This document shows positions 40,964 to 51,613 of a DNA stretch of 64,000 nucleotides, in pieces. The notes below the pieces were generated by a model, which ran no database searches, was not told where the DNA came from, and worked only from the letters and a program-made list of their open reading frames with translations. The DNA is from Mytilus edulis (taxonomy: Eukaryota), in the NCBI RefSeq assembly GCF_963676685.1, contig NC_092346.1, forward strand, positions 93,434,001 through 93,498,000, in the 5' to 3' direction. The stretch's first letter is position 1; the number at the start of each line of letters is the position of its first letter. The translations under genes and the position numbers were made by a program.

Positions 40964-41211
40964 TATTAAAAGCTAACACCAATTGTTTTGGAATATCTTC
41001 AAGTAGTTAGACCCTTATCTGTAAAACGCAAATAAATATGAACATTTGAAAGCTTAGGATCAAAGTCCTAAGATAGAATGCAAAACGAAAGATTAGTAAT
41101 GTTATTCGCGAGGAATAACATAAGAGATTATTATTCAAGTCTTCAACCGTAAATCATAACAAACTTTATAAATGTATACGCTTTTCATATTCCACACAAT
41201 AACTGGTTTAC

Positions 41212-41346
41212 CGAGTTTAAACTGTCCCCTGGAATAGTTTGATCCGATTCACCATCTGCATTACCAGCCTTACTAAGCCCTCTTCCTTCATTCTGAGTGT
41301 TGTTATGCAAACTAGTTCGATTACTGGCTTTAATTTCTTCTCCAGT
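41212..41346 (-). CDS. Gene A cassette-type exon (TGEEIKAS...IPGDSLNS)
   Basis: ctatag| 135 nt TCG|gtaaac; phase 0-0; related to exon 40153-40260. Confidence 0.75.
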
Positions 41347-41742
41347 CTATAGATCAAAGTTGTTTTGTATAAATACGACTTATAAATGCATAGCAATATT
41401 TGAGAAGTGACCTACATCAGCTTAACAACAGGCTTTGGAACGAGGAAAAGTATTTAATTCGATAGCTTAAAATAAAATAGTTCTAAAATAGATTAATAAA
41501 AAGCTTTTACTTTGCCTGGACATTTTAAGAAAGCGCTGGCTTCAAAATAATAAATGTAACACACATTTACATTAAAATAAATTTTTTCTCAGAAAAAATT
41601 TAATCAAAATTTGAATGAAAATAGTATGCACTTTCCATCCTCGCTTATTTTAAAATTAATTATAAAATGATGAAAATAAGTTAAAATATGTTTTAAGATT
41701 ACCTTAAATTGATATCAAAATATATTGCAAACAATAGCTTAC

Positions 41743-41814
41743 TTTTGGTAATAGGGAATTCTCATACGGCCCGCTATGATGACTAGCAGTCAAACAATTA
41801 TTACAACTTTCTTC
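41743..41814 (-). CDS. Gene A exon (EESCNNCLTASHHSGPYENSLLPK)
   Basis: tttttacag| 72 nt |gtaagc; phase 0-0. Confidence 0.75.
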
Positions 41815-43687
41815 CTGTAAAAATCCAAATGTTTATTGTAATACAATTATAATAGTTTATCTATATGTTTCAGTGGTTGCATATTATATTTGAGAATATG
41901 AATGATTCAGAATACTATCGTATGAATATGAAAACCTTCTATATCCATAACTGTATCTTAAAAATAAGAAGATGTGGTATGTGTGCCAATGAGACAACTC
42001 TCCATCCAAGTCACAATGTACAAGCAGTAAACCGTTATAAGTCAAAGAAGGCCTTCAATGTGTAGGCCCTGCTCACATCGAACAGCAAGCTATAAAGGGT
42101 CCCACTTGATATTAATCGAAAGTTGTATTAGCTACTGTTTTAACGGATTGTCGTTCTTATAACGATAAGACGTATTTTTACCCCAGAGAACATAAATTCT
42201 TAGTTGAAATGACTCATATTTTATCATTTATGCGTTTTGTATTGGATCGCCAATTGTAACATATGAGCAATGTTTTCGTTAGGTTAACATTAGGACTGAG
42301 ATAGAAAAATATCTCCATAACCCAACTGAGTAGTCCCGATTGTATTTACATCTAAGAAGAGCAACCCCTACAAAAATGACCCTAGTCTTAATTTTCAAAT
42401 TGCAGGCAGATGCATATATATACTTTAATTTACACAATTTCATTTTAACTTTTGTATATGTTGTGCTGGCATAAACAAACTCATCATAGATACCAGGACT
42501 GAAATTTAAAAGATTCCCCTCACTATGAATATACCATTGTGTTATGATTTTCATTATAAGTATGGCAAATTCTTAATAAAACAAAATTACTACCGTCTTA
42601 AATTAGTATGGAGCTTTAATTATTTTTTTTGTGTATTTAATGATACGCTTTCAAATAGCCCAAGTTGAAGGTCACTCTAAAACATTTAATACATATACTT
42701 CGCTTATAGGAGAACGACTCTTTCTTTTCTGTAGGGATAAGAGAAAATCATGTAAATTCTATGTAGTTATTTCTTTTACAAGCTATGTAACTTTAAGTGA
42801 CACTTTTTATAAAGAGAGGTGAGATGTTTAGCTAGCTATAACACAAGGTTTAATCTATAATTTTTCACATTAAAAAATGCCTGTAACAGGTCAGGAATGT
42901 GACAGTAATGATAAATGCGTTTGATGTGTTGGAGCTTTGGATTTTGCCATTTGATTAGGGACTTTTCATTTTGAATTTTCCTCGGAGTTCAGCATTTGTA
43001 TAATTTTACTTCTGTGGAGATTAAGAAATCTTCACTTTTTCGAAACTTTACACTGTAATTGTAAAGTCCAAACCAAAAATGACTAAGTTGGATGCGAAAT
43101 ATATACCGAACTACTTGTTGTTGCATTGTGAGCCATTAATGTCATTTCATACATTTGTACCTCAGTCATTGTAATCAGGAGTTCGGTATTTTTGTGACTT
43201 TACGTTTTTTTTACGGAAATGTGCATTGAAATGCCGTCATTGAGTTAACGTGGCCTGATTCGAGGTTTCAAACATTGTTCTTTATTTTTTGCGTACAGAA
43301 CTATTTTTTTATGTCGAATATTAACTCCATATCTGTATACTTCCTCATTTATAAATGGAAATATTTCGTGCCAGAGATAACTACATGTAGTTCTGTAGAT
43401 GCATCTTTCGACAAAATCGCTATTAAAACTGCGTATTTATAGACCGTTCAAATAAGAAATAAAGCAGAAAAACTGCACCCTACTTTTACAAAGTTTTGAT
43501 AAGCAGGTTCCAAAAACAAACCCAACGTTTTACTGAAGTTTTATAATGTAGGCTATAATGTTTTGTTGGTATGGGCATGGAACATTCAGTGAACGCGCGT
43601 ATCATTCCTTACAGTTTATTAAAATATAAGATGGAAACATGAACCAAATTTGAAATGCAGCAATTTTATAATTAATGAAACACTTGC

Positions 43688-43844
43688 CTGACACTGACTG
43701 CAACATTGACTGTCTGTACTTTTAACACTACTTTCAATTGAGTTTGATAGCTGATTTTTTACTTTAACAGACTCAAAGCAAGTATATGATTTATCTGATC
43801 CAGTACTATCTTTACTGTCTGTACTGATTGTGCTTCTGCCAATT
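43688..43844 (-). CDS. Gene A exon (IGRSTISTDSK...SQCCSQCQ), GC donor
   Basis: 157-nt open Ser/Thr-rich frame; acceptor ttttgcaag|; donor CAG|gcaagt. Confidence 0.7.
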
Positions 43845-44249
43845 CTTGCAAAATAAAATGAAAATCATTTAAATATTATATTATATTTGTTCTAGGAAGT
43901 CAGAAAAATGTTATAACCAGTAAAATTTGATCTTACTTTTTTTGTTTTTAAATTGCTCTAGTGTATTGATACTTAAAAAATTACCTTGCGGATAATTCAA
44001 AAAGGAAAGTCACTAATCAAATAACAAAAATAAAAGATAAAAACACACCAAACGAACAGTACAGGACTGGGTTGCACAAAGGTCTTTTAAATTTAAACGT
44101 GGTTTAAAGTTAAACAGTACTTAAAATTAGAATTCTCAATTAGTTAAAGAAGACTTTAAAAACCGTTGCACAAAGCGTATTTAGTGCCACGTTTAACTAA
44201 ATGTAAATTAAAATGATAATTCGTACTTAAACCATGTTTCATATGTAAA

Positions 44250-45120
44250 AAATGGTGGATTTAACCTGGTTTTATAGCTAGATACACCTCTCAATTGTAT
44301 GACAGTAGTATACAATTCCAATATATTGACCATAATGAGTGAACAAAACAAACAAATATAAAAGGTAAAAATGTCAAAAATAAGGATACAGCTGTCAACG
44401 TTGTGTTATCATCACATGCAAGAAAAAAATACAAAAGGCACACGGACAAATAAACAAAGGCAAAAACGAAAGACAAGAATACAGAAATTATCATAGAAAA
44501 ATAGCACAATTACGGGATGTATAAGTACAGAGGCAAGTCATATGTAACAAGAAACATAAATAGGTATACAGGAAAATCATATTATCAACAATAAAAGACA
44601 AGAATAAAAAAAAAACAACTAAAAAGTAATATTCATAAAGACAAATAAAAGAAAAATATAACACGCTATTTCTATGATAAACAACGTCAGTGTACCTATA
44701 ATCTGAACTTCAAGACCATAATTTATTATTTGTGAAGTTATACGGAATTTTAATAAAACAAGGTCTTAGTACTTCCGATGAACTTTTTGTTAGAAACTTC
44801 AGAGGTTCATCAACTTTCTGCTCAGACACTGGTGACGTTTACCAAAGTTTTATTGTTGCTGCATGCTCTTGAATAGTGAATAAGTTGAAAATTTATATCC
44901 CATATGCACGTGAAGTTGATATGTTGCTACTAAGGTGGTAAAATTGATGATTTCAAAATCGTCTCATTTGTCATAAATTTGGGCAATGAGATGAGCCTGT
45001 ATGTCAAATTCGAGGTGTAAGTCTATTGTTTCTTTAATTTCTAGTTCTGGGGTATATATTGATGAAACTCTATCAGAGAAGTTTGTATTGTTAATTGAAA
45101 GAGCATCATCAATCTATATG
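44250..45120 (-). mobile_element. Second decayed Penelope-like RT fragment with 3' repeat
   Basis: Reverse strand reads IDDALSINN...PELEIKET...DLHLEFD...YSRACS in broken frames, homologous to the 31.7-32.0 kb RT. Confidence 0.75.
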
Positions 45121-45274
45121 TAGGACTCAAATCTATAGTGGGTTCCAAATCTATGGCAGATTCCTAATCTATGGCAGATTTTTTTACAATCCTAATCTAT
45201 GGCACTTTGTGAAATAAACATTTCATAATGGTCAACCAAAATGAAATGTAAGTGATGAATTCATATACCTTGAT

Positions 45275-45872
45275 TGGTTATCAAAGGTACCATGATTATA
45301 ATTTAATACACAAGACGCGCGCAAGACTCGTCAGTGACGCTCAAATAAAAAAAGTTGTAAAGCCAAACAAATACAAAGTTGAAGAGCATTGAGGACCAAA
45401 TACGGCTAAGTTAATCTATTCCTGGGATAAGAAAATCCTTAGTTTTTCGAAAAATTAAAATTTTTGTAACAGGAAATTTATTAAAATGACCATATAATTG
45501 ATATTCATGTCAACACCGAAATGCTGACTACTGGGCTGGTGATACCCATGAAACGTCCACCAGAAGTGGTATCGACCCAATGCAGACTTCAAGATTGAAA
45601 TGATGTGCCCCGAAAACATCTTCCTTATTTATCGACGATTTACAACTTAATACCCGGTTATTACATTTTTCACTTTATAAACTTTGCCAGCAATAGTCAT
45701 TACAATATTTTCTATAACTCCTTTCTCTAAATTTTTGGTCCTCAATGCTCTTCTTTTTTTGGCTTTTTAAAAAAAAAATTTATTCGAGCGTCACTGATGA
45801 GTCTTCAAAAGACGAAACGCTCGTCTGGCGTAATATGAAATTTTAATCCTGGTATCTATGATGAGTTTATTT
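45275..45872. mobile_element. Two inverted copies of the hammerhead-bearing interspersed repeat
   Basis: 45275-45580 (minus strand, ribozyme core partly deleted) and 45732-45872 (plus strand) share GGTCCTCAATGCTCTTC and GAGCGTCACTGAYGAGTC. Confidence 0.7.
45788..45831 (+). ncRNA. Minimal type I hammerhead ribozyme motif
   Basis: GCGUCA-CUGAUGA-GUCUUCAAAAGAC-GAAA-C GCUC G-UC^UGGCGU; stems I and II can pair. Confidence 0.78.
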
Positions 45873-46160
45873 TGATAATACAAACGGCCCTTTGAAAGTC
45901 GATTGTAGGTTACTATATTCAACCGGACTTTTTATTGGACGTAGATTTTAGGAACGGAGGTCAATATGAGTTAAACAGTTTAAACAATAATAAAAAAAAA
46001 TCACAACAGATTAACTTTTGTTACATACCACATCGACGTGATTAATGGTGATATTTTAATTATTTTCCTGAATCGCATGGACATTTATTAAATATTCATT
46101 TCTAATTATACAAATTCTTAATTTCAATTAAACCTTGAAAAGAGATTTAGAATGACTTAC

Positions 46161-46179
46161 GTTTGAGCATGGTTGACAT
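46161..46179 (-). CDS. Gene A micro-exon (DVNHAQT)
   Basis: catttcag| 19 nt |gtaagt; phases 1 and 2 exactly bridge the flanking exons. Confidence 0.65.
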
Positions 46180-47703
46180 CTGAAATGAATGAAAAATATT
46201 ATCGTTGTTTTAAAAACACAAATTTATAGAAAATAGTGTTCATTGATTAAATTATAAAACAATATGTAAAGAGAACATCATTATTTGTACATTCAAAGAT
46301 AATCGTTTCGTCACCAAAGTAGTATTAAAGTATAAATGTAAGAATTAAGTCCATATTCAGGTCAAATCTGTTTCCAGTTCAATGTTGCGTTGTTATGCCG
46401 TGTCATATTTGTTTATCTCAAAATTATTAAGCCAAAAAGTCACCGGGGAAAGATCTTTTGCTGTCCAAGACATCAATGCAAGCTATACTTTATTGTAGTG
46501 TAACATGGGTAGGCATAATAATCGTTATTAATTTTACCCGCGCGATAAAATGACACGAATATAATGCTTACTCACTTTAAAACTATAATAAAGTATAGCT
46601 TACATCAATTATTTAGATTCTGATTAGGACAATTAAGGTAATTTCTATGTCCGATGTTTATAAGTGTAGAGTGTATTTGTATGCTCCTCCATGAACCTTC
46701 TTTTTTTGTTTGTAAACAAGCAAACTGCTGGCAATGTTGTTTTTTTTTAACGTGAGGAGTTTTGAACATGTCGTATCTAGGTCAAATATATCAATTTCGA
46801 ATTGCAACACATTACAGTCATAATAAATGAATAAGAAACAATATGTGAAGTCTATAATAGTTTGGAAGTGTTTTAGGTTAAAGAAATATATTAAATGCAT
46901 ACGAATTTGATAAAATTCATAATTCTGCAGTAGTCAATATACGCATATTCAAAGAAATTTTATTGGATTTAGAGCATGGGTTTATTCACAAAGCGAAAGA
47001 AGCACGTCATATTAGAAAATGACTTTTGCATTAAAGTTAAATCGATGACGGTGACTGCAATTAACAGCCAATACTTAAAAAATTATGGAAATAGGAGCCT
47101 ACATATTTCTTGCAATAAAAATAAATTGTGAAACAGAAATGTATACGTTTTATATTTCAGTCAGTAATTAGTCTTATTATCTATGTTTCAAACATTTACA
47201 TCAAAGAAACAGTTTAGGAGTGAGATTATTCAACAAATAAAATATTCATAATATTTGAATATTGAATCATTACATAGTTTTTCAGAAACGATTTGAGGTT
47301 GTTCGTCAAATGAGTTACAAACCATTAAGGCTACATGTTCATATAGATTTAAGTTTTCTTATAATCGGGTCATTAGGTTTTTTGTCAATCCAAATTATTT
47401 TCTTGAGTTTTTTTTTGTTTTATATAACTTCAGCATAGTAGAATTAAGATTTGATATATTTAAAGGATCGAATAAACAAGAGGCCACACATTTGAGTGCA
47501 TGGCAGCATAAAATACGGATGTGAATAAAGGACAAATATTTGAGGCTACACAAAGAGCATGATATGTGCGAGGGTCATAATATAACGATAGACAAATTTG
47601 GTGGAAGACACGGATTTGAGACTGAACATCAATTTAACGATGGACATAGAATTTTGGTTTGGTGACATAGATTTGAGACTTTAAAGAAACTTGAATTTTA
47701 CAT

Positions 47704-49464
47704 ATGTATATAATTCCAACCATATGGAGAAAAGCCATCATATGTCCAATCTTGAAGGACCCGTTATCAGATCTCCGAGTACCAATGAACTACAGAGGTA
47801 TAAGTCTATTGTCGTGCACTAGCAAATTGTATAGTTCTTTTATTAATCAACGGCTCGTCAGTCACCTTGATAATAATGATATTCTTGCCGACGAACAAAA
47901 TGGGTTTAGAAAAAACAGATCGTGTGAAGACCATATATTTACTTTAAATAGTGTTATAAGAAATAATAAATCAGTATTTGTGGCATTCATCGATCTTAAG
48001 AAATGCTTTGATTTTATTGACAGGGATATGATGTTATACAAACTTTTGCTGAACAAAATTGATGGGAAGTTATACAACTCTGTCAAAAGTATATACCAAA
48101 GTTCTGAGTCCTGTGTTCGTATAAACGGTAAACTAACATCGTGGTTCTGCTGTAAAACTGGTGTGAAACAGGGAGATAATTTATCACCGACATTGTTCTC
48201 CATATTTATAAACGATCTTGTACAAGAGATTAATGACCTTAATCTTGGTGTAGACTTACTTGAAACGAAGGTATCATTATTATTGTATGCGGATGATAAA
48301 GCGTTAGTTGCAAAGTCGGCTGAGGATCTTCAGTGTATGCTGAATACACTTCACCAATGGTGTAAACGTTGGAGGGTGTTAATCAATACAGATAAATCTA
48401 AGTGTATTCATTTCAGAAAACCAAGAACCAAAGAAACTAATTTCGAATTTACAATTGGTAAAAACAAACTGGAGAAGGTTGAAAATTACAAATATTTAGG
48501 GATTACATTCAGTCATAACGGAAATTTCAAAACCAATGTCGAAAATTTGTCGAAAGGCGGTGGAAGAGCACTAGGAACAATCATAGCTAAAATTCACAAC
48601 AATAAAGACTTCGGATTCAATGCCTACGAAAAACTGTATTACTCGTGTGTAGTTCCAATCTTAGATTACGCCTCAAGTGTCTGGGGATACCGAAAATTTC
48701 AAACAATAGACAATATTCAAAACCGTACAATACGATATTTTCTTGGTGTTCACCGTTTTGCGCCTACTCTCGCCTTACATGGTGATGTTGGATGGATCCC
48801 TAGCCAGTTTCGAAGATGGACAAACATGGTGAGGTATTGGAACAGACTAGTCAAGTTTGAAGATGATCGCATAACGAAGATCGCTTTTAATGCAGACTAT
48901 AACCGTTGCACCGACAATTGGTGTAGCGAATTGAAGGACATTTTCTGTAAACTTAATCTAGAACATTATTTTGATTCAAAAACAGCTGTTAATTTGAAAA
49001 CTGTAGAAATGAACATTCAGCAACTTTATTCAAACATATGGAATGACAATATACAACAAGTACCAAAACTTCGTACCTATGTAACTTTCAAATCTGCCTT
49101 TAATCAGGAACTGTATATAAAACTAAACTTAACCAAAGTCGAACGCTCGCATTTAGCACAATTCAGGTGTGGAATATTACCTCTGAGGATAGAAACAGGA
49201 CGATATATAGGTGAAAGACCAGAAGAAAGACTTTGCAAATTTTGCACTGCAGACGTGTCAGAAACTGAAACTCATTTTTTACTAGACTGTACATTCTATT
49301 CTGATATACGAGAACATGTTTTTGGTGAACTTTTGTTAACTACTTCCTTTGTTTCTATGAACATTAATGAAAAACTTATTTTTTTAAATATTAGCCATAC
49401 TCGAAAACTAGCCAAATACATTGTACAGGCATATTCTAATAGACGAAATTTTGTTTACAAATAG
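47704..49464 (+). CDS. Non-LTR retrotransposon reverse transcriptase ORF (5'-truncated ORF2)
   Basis: 586-aa open frame with NYRGISLLS, EQNGFR, FIDLKKCFD, GVKQGDNLSPTLF, YADD, YKYLG and a C-terminal CxxC...HFLLDC motif; no endonuclease domain. Confidence 0.95.
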   Translation: MYIIPTIWRKAIICPILKDPLSDLRVPMNYRGISLLSCTSKLYSSFINQRLVSHLDNNDILADEQNGFRKNRSCEDHIFTLNSVIRNNKSVFVAFIDLKKCFDFIDRDMMLYKLLLNKIDGKLYNSVKSIYQSSESCVRINGKLTSWFCCKTGVKQGDNLSPTLFSIFINDLVQEINDLNLGVDLLETKVSLLLYADDKALVAKSAEDLQCMLNTLHQWCKRWRVLINTDKSKCIHFRKPRTKETNFEFTIGKNKLEKVENYKYLGITFSHNGNFKTNVENLSKGGGRALGTIIAKIHNNKDFGFNAYEKLYYSCVVPILDYASSVWGYRKFQTIDNIQNRTIRYFLGVHRFAPTLALHGDVGWIPSQFRRWTNMVRYWNRLVKFEDDRITKIAFNADYNRCTDNWCSELKDIFCKLNLEHYFDSKTAVNLKTVEMNIQQLYSNIWNDNIQQVPKLRTYVTFKSAFNQELYIKLNLTKVERSHLAQFRCGILPLRIETGRYIGERPEERLCKFCTADVSETETHFLLDCTFYSDIREHVFGELLLTTSFVSMNINEKLIFLNISHTRKLAKYIVQAYSNRRNFVYK

Positions 49465-49706
49465 CTTAATATCTATATATTTTTATTTTAAAATTAATTA
49501 AAGGTTAACTTTCGTCAACAAAAAGATAATTTCATGAATAATTTGTTATTTTGAAGAACGTGATATATTGTTTTAAAATTACTTAATTTCATTTGAGGTG
49601 ACTTATAGGTCCATTGGGCCGGGTGTATTAATATTTATCATATATTGTATATTTATAATCTGTACATATTTACACATGTCACTATAATAAATAATTTACT
49701 TACTAT
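47704..49706 (+). mobile_element. 5'-truncated LINE (CR1/L2 group) in an intron of gene A, antisense to the gene
   Basis: RT ORF, then a 3' UTR ending in AATAAA and a short (TTAC)n tail near 49690-49706. Confidence 0.9.
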
Positions 49707-50004
49707 ACAACCACAATTGATCCGATACGTACAATAACCAAAAGAATAATTGACACATTATCGACATGGACATTAATTTACTGTTATTGCAATTCTACAA
49801 TGGCATGGTTTTTTTCTGAAGTTATTAACGTTTTTTTACACTGAATAGATATTCGATTTTAGCTTTTGTATATGTTAGTCTTAAAAACATGATTTATTAT
49901 ACAAATATTGCTTTCGTGAAAAGTCAATATTCAAAATTATTAAATAAGGAAAAGTTATTTTCTTCAAGGTCGATAGGTCTGTCGTTTCTCTTAGATCTGT
50001 ACTT

Positions 50005-50360
50005 AGTATTGTTATGCGTTTACTTTTCTACATTGGCTAGAGGTATAGGGGGAGGGTTGAGATCTCACAAACATGTTTAACCCCGCCGCATTTTTGCGCC
50101 TGTCCCAAGTCAGGAGCCTCTGGCCTTTGTTAGTCTTGTAATATTTTAGTTTTAGTTTCTTGTGTACAATTTGGATATTAATATGGCGTTCATTATCACT
50201 GAACTAGTATATATTTGTTTAGGGGCCAGTTGAAGGACACCTCCGGGTGCGGGAATTTCTCGCTACATTGAAGACCTGTTGGTGACCTTCTGCTGTTGTT
50301 TTTTTCTATGGTCGGGTTGTTGTCTCTTTGGCACATTCCCCATTTCCATTCTCAATTTGA
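50005..50360 (+). repeat. Interspersed repeat family; another copy at 4425-4760 and fragments at about 35150-35245, 35835-35945 and 54300-54420
   Basis: AAACATGTTTAACC..GCC...CCTGTCCCAAGTCAGG...CACATTCCCCATTT..ATTCTCAATTT shared between copies. Confidence 0.8.
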
Positions 50361-50556
50361 TTAGTGTCTTTTGCGTTTTTTGTTAACGTTTCTATGTGCC
50401 CTCTATCGATCTAATGAGTTGAGCACCTTGAAAATGAATTTTTATAGAGCTGTCTCATTGATAACCATACTTCCTCTTTTTATTTTGATATCTTACGTAT
50501 ATCTTTAAACTTTGTACCGATTATGTGTTTTTTTAAGAAGTGAATGGTGAAACTAC

Positions 50557-50592
50557 CTGAAGACGCCATTTTTTCTCTAGATTTCAGTCGGT
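50557..50592 (-). CDS. Gene A exon (DRLKSREKMASS); may be an alternative start exon with ATG in AAAAATGGCG context
   Basis: 36-nt phase 1-1 exon; donor CAG|gtagtt; in-frame ATG with an A-rich Kozak context; weak acceptor. Confidence 0.55.
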
Positions 50593-51241
50593 CTAGTACA
50601 TAACGGCAGTCGTATCATATGTCTCATAGTGAAACAGAAGCTGACAAAATGACCTTAAACATAGAAAGAAAGATAATATGGTAAAATAAATACACATGAA
50701 AAGTCTTTAATATATCTCTTTTTAATTTCTGACATTATTTGTCTGATTTGAGAAACATACATAAATACGAAGCTTTAGACGCAAATTTACACACTACAGT
50801 CATTCAATTCACACAATAAAGTACTAATAATATAAAAGAATAATCCATTTATAGCTTGCTGTTCCGTGTAAGCCAAGGCACCGTGTTGAAGACCTATTGT
50901 TGTTAACCTATAATGGTTTTCCTTTTCAAATTGTGACTTCGATGAGGAGCTGTCTCATAGACATTCATACCACAGCTTCTTATATCAATAAATCACGTCA
51001 AATTTAATGGTACACCCTATCAAGTTGAAGGCCGTATGGAGACCTATAGTTGCTAATTTCTGTATCATTTGGTCCTTTGTATGAAAATTGTTCAATTGGA
51101 AATCACACCACATTTTCTTTTTTATATATAAATTATTCAAAGGGTTTTCTACGTCAAGTATATGTATACTTAATATAATTAAAATCCCCAAGTAATGAAT
51201 GAACTATTGCAGTTTTTATAACCACTTGTTCAATATTTTAC

Positions 51242-51407
51242 CCGCATACAGATTCTTCAATGTACAATTGAGCATTGAAAAAGGGAAAATGTCTACTAGC
51301 AGATCCTGCCATGCCAGCTCCAGACTACATTTAAACTGATTGAAAACTGTTGTCTTCATCATATGAAAATCAAGCAAAATCTCACATTCATTACTTGAAT
51401 CTGACAT
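51242..51407 (-). CDS. Gene A candidate first coding exon (MSDSSNECEILL...KNLYA)
   Basis: ORF 51216..51407; acceptor tattacag| at 51414; donor G|gtaaaa in phase 1, compatible with downstream exons. No homology support. Confidence 0.5.
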
Positions 51408-51594
51408 TGGTGTCCTGTAATATATAGATGGTATACAATCTTAGTGTTTAAAAAACTTTAAACTATCTCCCGTTATGACATGCAAGAAAACCTCAGTTTG
51501 AAATTGAATTATAGGGAAATCCTGGATTGCAGAAATTTATTTATATTCAATATACTCTATTTTGACTTTTGTAACTTTATTCTTAAAGTTGCAT

Positions 51595-51613
51595 TGACGT
51601 CATGGAAATCCCC
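51595..51613. promoter_or_regulatory. Adjacent CRE/ATF palindrome and NF-kappaB consensus site
   Basis: TGACGTCA (51595-51602), T, GGAAATCCCC (51604-51613; GGGGATTTCC on the minus strand), about 190 bp 5' of the gene A ATG. Motif match only. Confidence 0.45.

Larger units (their letters stand above)
22868..51407 (-). other. Gene A: type II transmembrane protein with an Ig-Ig-chitin-binding (CBM14) ectodomain, 16 coding exons, about 683 aa
   Basis: Sixteen exons with canonical splice sites (one GC donor) join into one open frame of 2052 nt including the stop. Order: cytoplasmic low-complexity region, basic stretch, hydrophobic helix, stalk, two phase 1-1 Ig-sized exons, CBM14 exon. The four 3' exons are conserved in the paralogue at 59-64 kb. 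Confidence 0.8.

Noticed and set aside
47704-49464. Retron, group II intron or domesticated RT gene
   Set aside because: The motifs, C-terminal Cys/His motif, 5' truncation and microsatellite tail identify an ordinary non-LTR retrotransposon.
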